64,000 bases of DNA from Candidatus Magasanikiibacteriota bacterium (GCA_903893485.1 CAITMK010000001.1:46560-110559); one strand, 5' to 3'. Positions 14,686 through 24,965 are shown, counted from the stretch's first letter. Numbers and translations are program-made. The notes: a model not told the origin generated them from the letters alone.

Positions 14686-15738
14686 TTATTTATTAAAACG
14701 TTCTGCAAGCGCGCTCACCTGCGACGCCAAATCTGCGCGGCACACCAATACATACGCATCAGTTTCCACCACAATTAAATCATCGACACCAACACACACA
14801 ACGGTTTTCTTTCCGTCGCCATGCACCATATTGCGATGCGCATCAACAAATTCCGCAGTTGCATGCGATGCTACATTACTCGATTCATCTGCGGGCAATA
14901 ATTCCTTCAGCACCGGCCATTTGCCAACATCAGACCAACCCCACTCGCCCGCCATAAATGCAGCGCGCGCTGGTGCTTGCTTGGTCAGCAATGATTCGAT
15001 AGAAATAATTGGCAACTGCGCAGCTGCAGCGCGCGCAGCATCTTCATCACCAGCAGCTAACAATTTTTGCACCTCACACACTTGCTGCCACACCTGCGGT
15101 GCAAGCGTCTCAAACAAATTCTTAATCGTATCCAAACGCCAGACGTACATACCTGTGTGTGCATACCACGAATGCGATTTGATCATCTCGCCACATGTTT
15201 CTGCATCAGGCTTTTCCACCCAATCGGTAAGCGGCCCAAAGTCGCCGTCAAAATTTGCGCGCACATAACTATATCCGGGATCAATTAACTGTGGCGTTAC
15301 CACCGGCATAATAATTTCATCGGGATGCGCGCCAACATGCGCCGCAATTTTTTGCAGCGACGCCTGAAATAATTCTGGATGCGCAATAAAATCATCAGCG
15401 GGAATTGTTGCAACAACAGCGTCACCAGAAATGCCGCGCGCCAAAAGCGACGCGACTTCAAATGCAATCGCCGGCCCCGTATTCCGTTTTAAAATTTCCG
15501 AAAAAATATTTTGTGGCAAAATTTCTGGCACTTGCACGCCAACTAAATCTGCATGGCGCTGATTCACCGACACAAAAATATTTTCATATCCAAATGGCGC
15601 CACGCGCGCTACAGTTTCCTGCAACATCGTGCGATCCGAAAAAACCGGAACAAATTGTTTTGGCAATGCGCTGGTTGAAAGTGGCCACAAACGTGTGCCC
15701 GTGCCGCCTGCGCGAATTACAATATATAACGCTTCCAT
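14686..15738 (-). CDS. manC: Mannose-1-phosphate guanylyltransferase
   Basis: AGGTGTRLWPLS...PKQF, RNTGPAI, VEKPD, WSDVGKW, C-terminal VGVDDLIVV. Confidence 0.88.
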   Translation of the reverse strand: MEALYIVIRAGGTGTRLWPLSTSALPKQFVPVFSDRTMLQETVARVAPFGYENIFVSVNQRHADLVGVQVPEILPQNIFSEILKRNTGPAIAFEVASLLARGISGDAVVATIPADDFIAHPELFQASLQKIAAHVGAHPDEIIMPVVTPQLIDPGYSYVRANFDGDFGPLTDWVEKPDAETCGEMIKSHSWYAHTGMYVWRLDTIKNLFETLAPQVWQQVCEVQKLLAAGDEDAARAAAAQLPIISIESLLTKQAPARAAFMAGEWGWSDVGKWPVLKELLPADESSNVASHATAEFVDAHRNMVHGDGKKTVVCVGVDDLIVVETDAYVLVCRADLASQVSALAERFNK

Positions 15739-16235
15739 ATCTTAAGGGTGAGAGCAGATATTACCATGCCCAGCACCCATCCGGCAATAACATCGCTCGG
15801 ATAATGAACCCCCACAAAAACACGTAAAATACCAATACAAAACGCCAAAATTCCGCCCCAAATTGCAGACTTTTTATGGCCAAATTTCCAAAGCCACACC
15901 GCCCCTGCGGCTGCCAGTGTTGCATGCTCAGAGGGAAACGATTTTAACACACTTGGCGGACTAACAAACGGAATAAACCCAATCGTTACAAATGGCCGCG
16001 CGCGAAAATAAAGCGCGCCAAAAAAACGATTTACCAAATACGAAACCGACAAAATTAAAACCAGCAAAAGTAGCGCATTAAATCGCCGGCGTTTTTGCAG
16101 ATGCCACCACACCGAAATGGTAACGCCGGCAAGCACCACAGGCAAAATATAATTCAAAAAAACTACTAATTTACGCCAAGCCGGTGCTGAGATTCCAAGT
16201 CCGTGAAAAAAGATGACGATATTTGCATCCAACAT
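15717..16235 (-). CDS. PAP2 family phosphatase (undecaprenyl-diphosphatase BcrC-like)
   Basis: RARPF, SFPSEH, R...GVHYPSDV motifs; start 6 nt after TGGTATACT. Confidence 0.9.
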   Translation of the reverse strand: MLDANIVIFFHGLGISAPAWRKLVVFLNYILPVVLAGVTISVWWHLQKRRRFNALLLLVLILSVSYLVNRFFGALYFRARPFVTIGFIPFVSPPSVLKSFPSEHATLAAAGAVWLWKFGHKKSAIWGGILAFCIGILRVFVGVHYPSDVIAGWVLGMVISALTLKIWKRYIL

Positions 16236-16258
16236 ATATTCAGTATACCAAACTAAAT

Positions 16259-16303
16259 AAAAAAACACTTGCAGCCGCCCCCGAAGGACAACTGGAAGTG
16301 TTT
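16259..16303 (-). terminator. Long hairpin terminator of cassette 2
   Basis: AAACACTTCCAGTTGTCC-TTCG-GGGGCGGCTGCAAGTGTTT plus T-tract on the - strand; UUCG loop, G.U pairs. Confidence 0.75.
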
Positions 16304-16325
16304 GCTCGCGCCTGCTACGAGAGGC

Positions 16326-17003
16326 TTACTTATCGCGCGCCGTGACGATTGCACGCTTGGCATGCCGCATCACGAATCGCAGGATGTGGCTTTCGTTCGG
16401 ATCAACGAGCGTTACCGCGAGGCCGACAAAGTGTGACAGCCGGCTTTCGATGTGGCACGGTACAAACTCAAACGAAACCGGAACACCGCGCGCAACCGCG
16501 TGCCCCACATACCGAATTCGTCGCTGACTTTCTCCAAGCGCCACCACCTCTGCACCAAGTTCGTACAGATGTGCAATGGCCGCGAATTCCTGTGAGCACG
16601 AAAACGCCCACATATCTTCAATGGGCCAACCATCGAAGGGCGTGATAATGTCGTCACTCATGAGCCCCGAATGGCCAAGTAAGTAATCCTTGCCTGACCA
16701 CGCGTAGGACTTACCGTTTCCATGATGATCGCCGCCCAAAAGCACGATTGCTTTGTAACCGCCTTCGTTGTACAGCTCCACGGCCCGATCGAGCAGCGCC
16801 TTGAATCGATCTTCAATTTCACCATCAGCGCTCACTTCTCGGCCGAGCACAACCAAGTATTTCCAACCAGCAAGCGGTGCGCCGGGCATCTCCCCCAGTT
16901 CTTCCAGTTGATCCAGCCGCCGTTCCAATCGCAGACTGTAAAAAACCCACTGTAAAAAGAAAGGTCCAAATACCACCAGAGCCGCAAATCCAAAATACTG
17001 CAT
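16326..17003 (-). CDS. YdcF/DUF218-like protein with N-terminal TM (GC-rich cassette 2)
   Basis: LVVLG...LDRAVELY..G....IVLLGG...G.SYA; AGGAGG SD before MQYFG. Confidence 0.7.
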   Translation of the reverse strand: MQYFGFAALVVFGPFFLQWVFYSLRLERRLDQLEELGEMPGAPLAGWKYLVVLGREVSADGEIEDRFKALLDRAVELYNEGGYKAIVLLGGDHHGNGKSYAWSGKDYLLGHSGLMSDDIITPFDGWPIEDMWAFSCSQEFAAIAHLYELGAEVVALGESQRRIRYVGHAVARGVPVSFEFVPCHIESRLSHFVGLAVTLVDPNESHILRFVMRHAKRAIVTARDK

Positions 17004-17038
17004 CGTTCGCCTCCTCGCCATTTCGGCAGGTTGCCAGA

Positions 17039-17067
17039 ATCCTATCTCTATTTTATAAAAAAGTCAA
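17039..17067 (-). promoter_or_regulatory. Sigma70 promoter of cassette 2
   Basis: TTGACT-N17-TAGGAT. Confidence 0.65.
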
Positions 17068-17072
17068 TGCTA

Positions 17073-18635
17073 TTAAATCAGCGCCCGTCCACTCATTTCC
17101 ACTGGCTGCGGAATTCCCATGGCTTTTAAAATTGTTGGCGCAACATCAGCGAGCATGCCAACCGGTGGCAAGAGCGATAAATCACCTTCAATCACATCAC
17201 CCGATGGGCCGGTCTGCCCTTCCCAATCGCCGCTAATCGCCAAAAACGGAATTGGACTGGTTGAATGTTCTTTATCTTTTTCGTGCGTGTGCAAATTCAC
17301 CACTTCTTCAGCATTGCCATGATCCGCGGTAATAAAAACCGCGCCATGTTTAGCCAGCGTAATTGCAACTACAAGCCCCATTGCCTTATCCACGGCCTCC
17401 ACGCCGCGCACCGTGGCGTTATAGTCGCCCGTATGCCCGACCATGTCAGCATTCGCAAAATTAATCACCACAAAATCGTATTTGTTGGATTCAATCGCAT
17501 CCACTGCAGCTTTTGCAACTTTCATCGCGGACATTTCTGGCGCTTCGGCATAACTTGCAACTTGCGGCGAAGGAATCACCAAACGATCCTCGCCAGGCCA
17601 CGCTTTTTCAACCGTACCATTCAAAAAAAATGTGACGTGCGCATATTTTTCTGTTTCCGCAACATGAAATTGCTTTTTGCCCGCGTCCGAAATAACTTCG
17701 GCAAGTGTATTTTTTATAACCTCAGGCGGATAACAAACCAAAGTTGGCAGTCCCTTTTCATATTCCGTCATGGTTGCAAAAAGAAGTGGCGTAATTCGGG
17801 TGCAACTAAATTTATCAAAATCAGGCATCACAAATGCGCGCGTTAATTCACGTGCGCGGTCCGGGCGAAAATTAAAAAATAAAACCGTGTCACCCGGCGC
17901 TACCAAACCGTCGGCGTTAATAACGGTCGGAATAAATTCTTCGTCATACACTTTTGCCGCGTATGATTTATCAAGCGCATCGATTGCATCCGCATTCTGC
18001 GGGCCCGCACCTTCAGTCATGGCGCGATACATTTTTTCAATGCGATCCCAGCGATTGTCACGGTCCATCGCATAAAAACGTCCGCCCATGGTGGCAATTT
18101 TTCCAACGCCAATCGATTTCATTTTGCTTTGCAGCCGCTCAATAAAATATTTTCCCGAATCAAATTTAGAATCGCGGCCATCTAAAATTGCATGGATATA
18201 TACGTTATCTAATTTTTGCGTTTTACAAAATTCTAATAACGCAAATAAATGTTCGTCGGAACTATGCACATTACCTGCCGAAACAAGTCCAAGCAAATGC
18301 AGTTTGCCACCTTTTTTTGCCGCCGCTGCAACTTTCAGCAGCGTTTCATTTTGAAAAAAAGTTTTATCCGCAATTTCCTTGCCAATGCGCGGCAACGTCT
18401 GATAATACACGCGCCCCGCACCAATATTTAAGTGGCCAACTTCTGAATTTCCCATTTCGCCCCACGACAAACCCACTTCAACACCCGACGCCTGGATCGT
18501 CATGGCCGGATATGTTTTCACCCACTTTGAAAAATTCGGCGTTTTGGCGCGGGTAATTGCATTACCCTCTTCATCCGGCGCCACGCCCCATCCGTCGTTA
18601 ATAATAAGTACAGTAGGTCTAAAATTATTCATCAC
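17073..18635 (-). CDS. gpmI: 2,3-bisphosphoglycerate-independent phosphoglycerate mutase
   Basis: DGWG, MGNSEVGH.N.GAGR, LDGRD, YAMDRD.RW, NFRPDRAR, AETEKYAHVT, DMVGHTG, TADHGNAE. Confidence 0.98.
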   Translation of the reverse strand: MMNNFRPTVLIINDGWGVAPDEEGNAITRAKTPNFSKWVKTYPAMTIQASGVEVGLSWGEMGNSEVGHLNIGAGRVYYQTLPRIGKEIADKTFFQNETLLKVAAAAKKGGKLHLLGLVSAGNVHSSDEHLFALLEFCKTQKLDNVYIHAILDGRDSKFDSGKYFIERLQSKMKSIGVGKIATMGGRFYAMDRDNRWDRIEKMYRAMTEGAGPQNADAIDALDKSYAAKVYDEEFIPTVINADGLVAPGDTVLFFNFRPDRARELTRAFVMPDFDKFSCTRITPLLFATMTEYEKGLPTLVCYPPEVIKNTLAEVISDAGKKQFHVAETEKYAHVTFFLNGTVEKAWPGEDRLVIPSPQVASYAEAPEMSAMKVAKAAVDAIESNKYDFVVINFANADMVGHTGDYNATVRGVEAVDKAMGLVVAITLAKHGAVFITADHGNAEEVVNLHTHEKDKEHSTSPIPFLAISGDWEGQTGPSGDVIEGDLSLLPPVGMLADVAPTILKAMGIPQPVEMSGRALI

Positions 18636-18653
18636 AGGATTATAGTAACCACA

Positions 18654-19325
18654 TTACAGCCCAGCAAATTCAGCAGGCATCTGATAATCAGGAAATTTCT
18701 GGGAAAATTTATCGCCAGATTTTTTTATATCTGCCGCAACACTTTTGTATTCTGGTGAGTTTGACAGCTTAAGTCCTGCAAATGCCTGCAGAATCGCATA
18801 TTTTTGAGACATAGCATCCAAATCCATCTTTATACCACTAATAAACATGTTAGGAGAACGATGATGTTCAGCCATGTTAGCCTCCATCGATGGAGTAAGT
18901 CCTGTAAATTTAAACATCTTTTGTTTTTCGGAAAGCGTACCCTCGGAAAGAACACGTGATTGCGTACCAATTGCCCCATCTTCATCCTTCCCCTGAAAAA
19001 ATGAATATGAGATCTGATATTCACTATCTGCATGATTGACCAAATTTAATTTTGATGTATGATCACCATCACCGCTCTCAAGTATAGAGAACGAAGCTGT
19101 TCCAAATTGTGTCTCTCCTTGTGCTAATAACTTAAGACCATTTTCAGGTCTTGGTGCTGACGGAGGTCGTTCATCTGCATGAGCATTTGAAACAGCGCCA
19201 CCCATTAAACTCATCGCAACAAGTGCGCCGGAAATACGTTTTGCGAGTAACGAAGAAAGGCCTGTTTTTTTAGGTCCTACTGAAGATGACTCTTGATTAT
19301 TTGTCGATGGTTTTTCAAAACTCAT
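18654..19325 (-). CDS. Hypothetical exported protein with extended signal peptide
   Basis: MSFEKP polar leader, then KRISGALVAMSLMGGAVSNAHA (AxA site). Confidence 0.7.
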   Translation of the reverse strand: MSFEKPSTNNQESSSVGPKKTGLSSLLAKRISGALVAMSLMGGAVSNAHADERPPSAPRPENGLKLLAQGETQFGTASFSILESGDGDHTSKLNLVNHADSEYQISYSFFQGKDEDGAIGTQSRVLSEGTLSEKQKMFKFTGLTPSMEANMAEHHRSPNMFISGIKMDLDAMSQKYAILQAFAGLKLSNSPEYKSVAADIKKSGDKFSQKFPDYQMPAEFAGL

Positions 19326-19346
19326 AAAATTCTGTTATTACATTAT

Positions 19347-20585
19347 TTATTTAAATGCTTCAATTTCCATCACGCGATTATATTTTTCAACGCGCTCGCT
19401 GCGGCTCATTGAGCCTGACTTTAAAAAGTCTGCCCCAACCGCAACTGCCAAATCGGCAATAAACGTATCGGTTGTTTCGCCGCTGCGGTGCGAGACAGAA
19501 ATTTTGTATTTATTTTTTTGTGCGAGCAAAATAGTATCAATCGTTTCAGAAACCGTACCGATTTGATTTAACTTAATGAGCACCGCATTTGCAACTTTGC
19601 GATCAATTCCCATTTGAACACGTTTTATGTTCGTGACAAATAAGTCGTCACCCACGATCGTAATCACGCGACCCAATTTTGCCGTAAACTTTTGCCAGTT
19701 TTCCCAATCATCTTCGTGAAGCGGATCTTCAACGGAAACCAAAGGATATTTTTGAACCCAACCCGCAACCATTGCGATCATTTCATCACCGGTTTTTTTA
19801 ACACCTTCAAAATTATAAACACCACGCTCATAAAATTCGGACGCTGCCATATCCATGCCTAATTTCACATCGATTCCTGGTTTATACCCCGCTTTGGTGA
19901 TTGCAGTTAATAATGTTTGCAACGCTTTTTCCGAGCTGCCCAAATGCGGTGCAAAACCACCTTCGTCGCCAACACCAGTCGATTGTTTTTCAGATTTCAA
20001 AAGCGCTTTCAGTGCTGCAAAAACTTCTGCACCAACACGCACACGCTCCGCCAACTTTTTCTGTTGCGGAATAATCATGAATTCCTGTGTTGATAAACCT
20101 GAATCCGCATGCACCCCACCATTAATCACATTCATGGTTGGATATGGCAATTTTTTGCCGGGTTTTAAATGAAATGTTTTTTGCAATGACTGCCAAAGTT
20201 CCATTTTATTTGCTACCGCACCCGCACGAGCCACCGCAAGTGACACGCCTAAAATCGCATTTGCACCCAATTTTGTCTTATTTTCAGTGCCATCAAGCGC
20301 GCACATGAGTTCGTCAATGATACGCTGTTGACGCACGTCTGCCCCAAGCAGCAACGGTGCAATTTTTTTCTCAATATTTTTAACCGCATTTAAAACACCT
20401 TTGCCGCCAAAACGCTTTTTATCGCCATCACGCAGCTCAAGTGCTTCGTGAGAACCGGTTGACGCACCGCTTGGCACACTTGCGCTGACTGTTATTTTAT
20501 CATCAATGGTTAAAAAAACACGCACCGTAGGATTGCCACGCGAATCTAAAATTTCTTGCGCGGCGATTTTGGTAATTTTTGGCAT
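19347..20585 (-). CDS. eno: Enolase
   Basis: EILDSRGNPTV, VPSGASTG, GDEGGFAP, VGDDLFVTN, SHRSGET. Confidence 0.99.
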   Translation of the reverse strand: MPKITKIAAQEILDSRGNPTVRVFLTIDDKITVSASVPSGASTGSHEALELRDGDKKRFGGKGVLNAVKNIEKKIAPLLLGADVRQQRIIDELMCALDGTENKTKLGANAILGVSLAVARAGAVANKMELWQSLQKTFHLKPGKKLPYPTMNVINGGVHADSGLSTQEFMIIPQQKKLAERVRVGAEVFAALKALLKSEKQSTGVGDEGGFAPHLGSSEKALQTLLTAITKAGYKPGIDVKLGMDMAASEFYERGVYNFEGVKKTGDEMIAMVAGWVQKYPLVSVEDPLHEDDWENWQKFTAKLGRVITIVGDDLFVTNIKRVQMGIDRKVANAVLIKLNQIGTVSETIDTILLAQKNKYKISVSHRSGETTDTFIADLAVAVGADFLKSGSMSRSERVEKYNRVMEIEAFK

Positions 20586-20590
20586 ACGAT

Positions 20591-21364
20591 TTATTCTAAT
20601 TCGAACGTTACATTTACCTGACTTGTTACATCAAGAGATCCGGCCTGAACATCTGGCGCCGCAACAGGCCCACCACCCATGCCTACTGCATCTTTTGCAA
20701 ACATAATTGGCCCTGGTGGAATATTACCTGCAGATTCATCGAATCCGACAATCTTACCCAAATGCACACCTAACTGATCGGCTAATTTCTGTGCTTTTTC
20801 TTTTGCATCAGCAACAGCTTTTTCACGAGCCTGCGCCTGCAAATTTGATGGTTCATCGATGGTGAACGTCACGCCATTTACCTGATTTGCACCAAGCTCG
20901 CCAGCCTTCGCAAGCACTGCTGAGATTTTAGTTAGATCACGAATTTTTACTTCCAAACTTTGGGTAACTGAATAACCCGTTATAGTGCTGCCAGTTTTTT
21001 GATCGTACGAATAGTTTGGATTGATCTGATATTGTGCGGTTTGTACGTCAGCAGCTGCAATACCCAACGTCTGAAGTGCAGCAACCATTTTGTTCATACG
21101 ATCGGTATTTTCTGCTTGTGCGCTCGCAACGTCTGCTTTTTGTGTTACCAATCCAATGTTTGAAACAGCGATTGTTGGTGTTGCAATAATTTTACCCGTG
21201 CCTGAAATAACAATTGTGCGTGGCGATTCTGGCAAACGGCCAATTTGACCATATGCTTTAATATTATTCACAATCAGCGTGACCAAAAAGACAGCAAGCG
21301 TGAGCATGACGAGTTTCTTGAGCGGCCCGCCATGATGTAATCCGCAGGGTTGAATATGTTCCAT
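20591..21364 (-). CDS. SIMPL (DUF541) domain protein
   Basis: N-terminal TM, I..SG.GK...TP.IA, I.P.Y, GAN.V.G..F, A..DA..KA..LA, V.VTFEL. Confidence 0.9.
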   Translation of the reverse strand: MEHIQPCGLHHGGPLKKLVMLTLAVFLVTLIVNNIKAYGQIGRLPESPRTIVISGTGKIIATPTIAVSNIGLVTQKADVASAQAENTDRMNKMVAALQTLGIAAADVQTAQYQINPNYSYDQKTGSTITGYSVTQSLEVKIRDLTKISAVLAKAGELGANQVNGVTFTIDEPSNLQAQAREKAVADAKEKAQKLADQLGVHLGKIVGFDESAGNIPPGPIMFAKDAVGMGGGPVAAPDVQAGSLDVTSQVNVTFELE

Positions 21365-21378
21365 ATGTTTTGATTATA

Positions 21379-22437
21379 TCACTTTTTAAGAAGCGGCGTG
21401 ACCCCTGGCAACTTTGCGCCGCCCAAAAACTCAAGCATGGCGCCACCACCTGTAGAAATATGCGCAAAATTCCGCGTTAACTTGAGCTTTATAATACGCG
21501 AGGTTGTTTCGCCCCCACCCACAATGACACACGCGCCCTTCCCGCCAAGCCGAGCAAGCAATCGCGCGAGCAGTTCAGTGCCTCGGTCAAACGGTTTTTT
21601 TTCAAAATACCCTGCAGGACCATTCCAAATGATGGTTTTAGCGCGCGTAAGTTTTTTTGCCATGGATTCAATTGCGTCTGGTCCAATATCAAAAATTTTG
21701 TGCTGAAAATAAACTACATCTTCAGGAAGAAGAACATTTTTATGTTTTAACAACGATCGCGCGACTGCAATTGAAGACACATCAACAAGCGACTCGCCCA
21801 CATCTTGTCCATCAGCCGCAAAAAAATTATTTGCAACCGCACCGACTACAAATATTTCGGCAGCAATTGGTAAAAACTTTTTTATAACCGGCACTTTTGT
21901 TTCTAGTTTTGCGCCGCCAATAATTAAGGCAAGTGGTTTTTTTGGTGCAGTCATGGCACTACTCAGTGCAACAAATTCTTTTTCAAATTGAATGCCTGCA
22001 TACGATGGTAAGAGTTTAGTAATCGCAGCAACTGACGTATGCGCCCGATGCGCCGATGCAAAAGATTCATTCACAAAGAGGTCCTGCCCCGTCGCGAGCT
22101 CGCGCGCATAACCTACATCATTTTTTTCTTCACGCGCATCAAAACGCACGTTCGGCAAAAAATGTAATTTTGTTTTTAATTTTTTCTCTAAATATTTTTG
22201 CACGGGTGCAAGTGACAATGCGGCAACTTTTTTTCCATCAGGCCGGCCCATATGCCCCATCACCGTAATCACCGCTTTTTTGCGAAGCAAAAATTTAAAT
22301 GTTGCAAGTGCGGTGTCGAGTCGATACGATTCTTCCGGCGCAATACTTCCGCGACGCACCACAACATCAGAATCGATACGCACAAGCACGCGTGTACCTT
22401 TAGTAATCGGAGCATCAGCAAGTGTACGGAGTTTCAT
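21379..22437 (-). CDS. pgk: Phosphoglycerate kinase
   Basis: VLVRID, H.GRP, NVRF, AHRAH.S, GGAK, WNGP.G.FE, GGGET, STGGGA.LEF. Confidence 0.96.
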   Translation of the reverse strand: MKLRTLADAPITKGTRVLVRIDSDVVVRRGSIAPEESYRLDTALATFKFLLRKKAVITVMGHMGRPDGKKVAALSLAPVQKYLEKKLKTKLHFLPNVRFDAREEKNDVGYARELATGQDLFVNESFASAHRAHTSVAAITKLLPSYAGIQFEKEFVALSSAMTAPKKPLALIIGGAKLETKVPVIKKFLPIAAEIFVVGAVANNFFAADGQDVGESLVDVSSIAVARSLLKHKNVLLPEDVVYFQHKIFDIGPDAIESMAKKLTRAKTIIWNGPAGYFEKKPFDRGTELLARLLARLGGKGACVIVGGGETTSRIIKLKLTRNFAHISTGGGAMLEFLGGAKLPGVTPLLKK

Positions 22438-22438
22438 A

Positions 22439-23440
22439 TTATTTCTTTCCCACCTTCTCAATCATCTCAACTAACCGATGTGAATATCCCCATTCATTAT
22501 CGTACCATGCCAAAATTTTAACCAAATCACCATCGATAACTTGCGTAAACGCTAAATCAACAATGCACGAGGCAGTATTACCAACCACGTCGTGCGATAC
22601 CAGCGCTTCTTCAGAACAAACTAAAATCCCTTTCCAGCGCGTCAATTTACTCGCTGCAACGAGCGCTGCGTTTACTTCGGTCACCGTTGTTTTTGTTTTC
22701 GTGATAAAACAGAAATCAGAAAGTGAACCAACTGGCGTTGGCACACGAATTGAAATGCCATCAAAAAGTCCTTTGAGTTCTGTAATCGTTTCAGTCACTG
22801 CAATTGCCGCGCCGGTTGTTGTTGGCACCATATTTAATGCTGCCGCGCGGCCACGACGAAAATCTTTGTGCGGCCCGTCCACCAGCGCTTGATCCGCAGT
22901 ATACGAATGAATTGTTGTCATTGCAGCTTTGGCAATACCAAATTTTTCGTGGAGCACTGAAGTAACGGGTGCGACACAGTTAGTGGTGCAACTCGCATTG
23001 TTAAAAATTTTTGTGCGGCCAAGTTTTTCGTCGTTCACACCACGCACAAAAGTTGGCACGTCACCACCTTTTGCTGGCGCAGATAGAATTGCCGCACCAG
23101 CGCCCGCGGAAATATGTTTTTGTAAACCTTCTAAATCCGTAAAGCGCCCCGTCGATTCAATAACCACGTCAACCTCAAATTTTTTCCATGGAAGCTGCGC
23201 CGGATCTTTTTCTTGCACAACCGGAATCGTCACGCCATCCACCACAAGCGCGCCATTTTTTGCCGATACGTCATGTGGCCATACACCATACACCGAATCG
23301 TGCTTCAACAAATACGCCAAATTTTCTGCATCACCCAAATCATTGAGCGCAACAAATTCAATTTTTTTATTTTCAAAACCTGCCTTAAAAACCTGGCGCC
23401 CAATGCGCCCAAACCCATTAATTGCTACACGAATTGCCAT
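22439..23440 (-). CDS. gap: Type I glyceraldehyde-3-phosphate dehydrogenase
   Basis: INGFGRIGR, NASCTTNC, TTGAA, WYDNEWGYS. Confidence 0.99.
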   Translation of the reverse strand: MAIRVAINGFGRIGRQVFKAGFENKKIEFVALNDLGDAENLAYLLKHDSVYGVWPHDVSAKNGALVVDGVTIPVVQEKDPAQLPWKKFEVDVVIESTGRFTDLEGLQKHISAGAGAAILSAPAKGGDVPTFVRGVNDEKLGRTKIFNNASCTTNCVAPVTSVLHEKFGIAKAAMTTIHSYTADQALVDGPHKDFRRGRAAALNMVPTTTGAAIAVTETITELKGLFDGISIRVPTPVGSLSDFCFITKTKTTVTEVNAALVAASKLTRWKGILVCSEEALVSHDVVGNTASCIVDLAFTQVIDGDLVKILAWYDNEWGYSHRLVEMIEKVGKK

Positions 23441-23471
23441 AATTTTATAAAATATACAAATAGTATAGCAT

Positions 23472-23510
23472 AAAAAAATGCCGACAGAATCTCCGAAGAG
23501 AAACTGCCGG
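23472..23510 (-). terminator. Hairpin terminator of cassette 3
   Basis: CCGGCAG-TT-TCTC-TTCG-GAGA-TT-CTGTCGG plus T-tract. Confidence 0.75.
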
Positions 23511-23539
23511 ACTTAAAACTTGAATCGCGCGATGAGACG

Positions 23540-24052
23540 CTATTCCTCGATCGGCTCCGTGCCCATGAGAAGCAGGGTGCGGCGCAGCGGCTGCCGACTC
23601 TTCACGTAGCGGTTCAGCAGATCCCAGTGCGACGCGACAAAAGCCCGTGCAAGCCGTCCGTGGCTGAATGCCGCATTGGATTCAGCAAACACGCACGGGT
23701 AATAGGTCTGCCCGTCCTGCTGCCAGGCCGTACCAGGAAACACCAGCACCGTTGAATTGGTGTCGAGCCCCAGTTCGGCGGGCAACTGAGCCCCCGCTTG
23801 AAGATTCGCGAGCAGCTCGATAGCATGTTCGCGACCAGCAGCGCTCGGCGGCATGTCACGCGCAATGCGCTCTTCCAGCTTGCTCTGCGTGTTCCTGCTG
23901 CGCGCAATGCGCGTAGCGCTCAAACGCTGAGGACCGAACGGCCCCGCAACATCCCAAGCCAGACGACGTCCGTCGACTTTCGACTTGAAGATATGCTCCG
24001 CCTCTGCCAAAGCCACCGTTATCAGATATTTTTTCAATGCCGCATTTCCCAC
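23540..24052 (-). CDS. GC-rich hypothetical protein (cassette 3)
   Basis: ORF between its own promoter and terminator; GTG start after AAGGGGGG (alternative TTG at 24091); VLVFPGT.W....YYPC segment. Confidence 0.6.
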   Translation of the reverse strand: MGNAALKKYLITVALAEAEHIFKSKVDGRRLAWDVAGPFGPQRLSATRIARSRNTQSKLEERIARDMPPSAAGREHAIELLANLQAGAQLPAELGLDTNSTVLVFPGTAWQQDGQTYYPCVFAESNAAFSHGRLARAFVASHWDLLNRYVKSRQPLRRTLLLMGTEPIEE

Positions 24053-24096
24053 AAGGCCCCCCTTTGCCGCGCTGGTTGTAGCGCGGGACAAAAGTT

Positions 24097-24125
24097 ACAT
24101 TAGCAATAATATAAGCCGGTGTCAA
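24097..24125 (-). promoter_or_regulatory. Sigma70 promoter of cassette 3
   Basis: TTGACA-N17-TAATGT with TG extension. Confidence 0.7.
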
Positions 24126-24162
24126 TGGTGATTATTTATGAATCATGCTAATCTAACTATCT

Positions 24163-24615
24163 ATGGAGCACCCCGAAAAATTCCGCCCTTACGCGGCAGC
24201 ATATTTAGTTTTAATTAAAAATGACAAAATTTTATTATCGCGACGCGCCAATACAGGTTATCAAGATGGAAACTACAGTTTAGTTGCTGGCCATTTGGAT
24301 GGTGGCGAAACTGTATTACAGTGTATTACACGCGAAGCAACCGAAGAGGCTAATATTATTTTGTCGCCACAAAATTTAGACGTAATTTTAACCTTACATC
24401 GCCAGAGTCCATCGGATCGAGAATATTTTGATTTTTATGTGGGTGCTACAAATTGGACCGGTGAAATAAAAAACATGGAGCCGAAAAAATGCGATGATCT
24501 CGCGTGGTTTGATCTGGCGAATTTGCCAGAAAATATTTTGCCTGATGTAAAATTTGCACTGGATCAAATTAACGCTGGCAACCATTTTGCTGAATTTGGT
24601 TGGCCTTTAAAATAA
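24163..24615 (+). CDS. Nudix hydrolase
   Basis: AGHLDGGET...ITREATEE Nudix box; NMEP.KCDDL.WF; FGW end. Confidence 0.9.
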   Translation: MEHPEKFRPYAAAYLVLIKNDKILLSRRANTGYQDGNYSLVAGHLDGGETVLQCITREATEEANIILSPQNLDVILTLHRQSPSDREYFDFYVGATNWTGEIKNMEPKKCDDLAWFDLANLPENILPDVKFALDQINAGNHFAEFGWPLK

Positions 24616-24645
24616 AAACACCGCACAAGGAAAACCCCGTGCGGC
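24614..24645 (-). terminator. Hairpin terminator of cassette 4
   Basis: GCCGCACGGGG-TTTT-CCTTGTGCGGT plus GTTTTT. Confidence 0.7.
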
Positions 24646-24675
24646 ACGCATTGCTGCTTGAAGCGCTGGTTGGCG

Positions 24676-24915
24676 CTATTTCGGATCGTCTGTTTTGACC
24701 CGCTTGCCGTCGGCCCCCATACCAACGACTTCGAATTCAAAACCTTCCGAGCCTTCAAGCGGTGGCGTCACGATTTTGACACCAGCAGCGCCAAGCGTGT
24801 TCTCCGTCGCCGCCCGACTATTCGGTACAAGTACCTCATTACCCACCCGACGTTCAGACCGCTTTGGACGCGTCGGCAACACCACTGGCAAATCCTCTGG
24901 CCGTTCATTACACAT
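24676..24915 (-). CDS. Small GC-rich orphan protein (cassette 4)
   Basis: 79 aa ORF, GGGGGA before ATG, 5' hairpin, 3' terminator; no clear -35. Confidence 0.5.
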   Translation of the reverse strand: MCNERPEDLPVVLPTRPKRSERRVGNEVLVPNSRAATENTLGAAGVKIVTPPLEGSEGFEFEVVGMGADGKRVKTDDPK

Positions 24916-24965
24916 AACTTCCCCCACAATTGCGCTCGGTTAGCGCGGTTGGACCTCATAATAAC

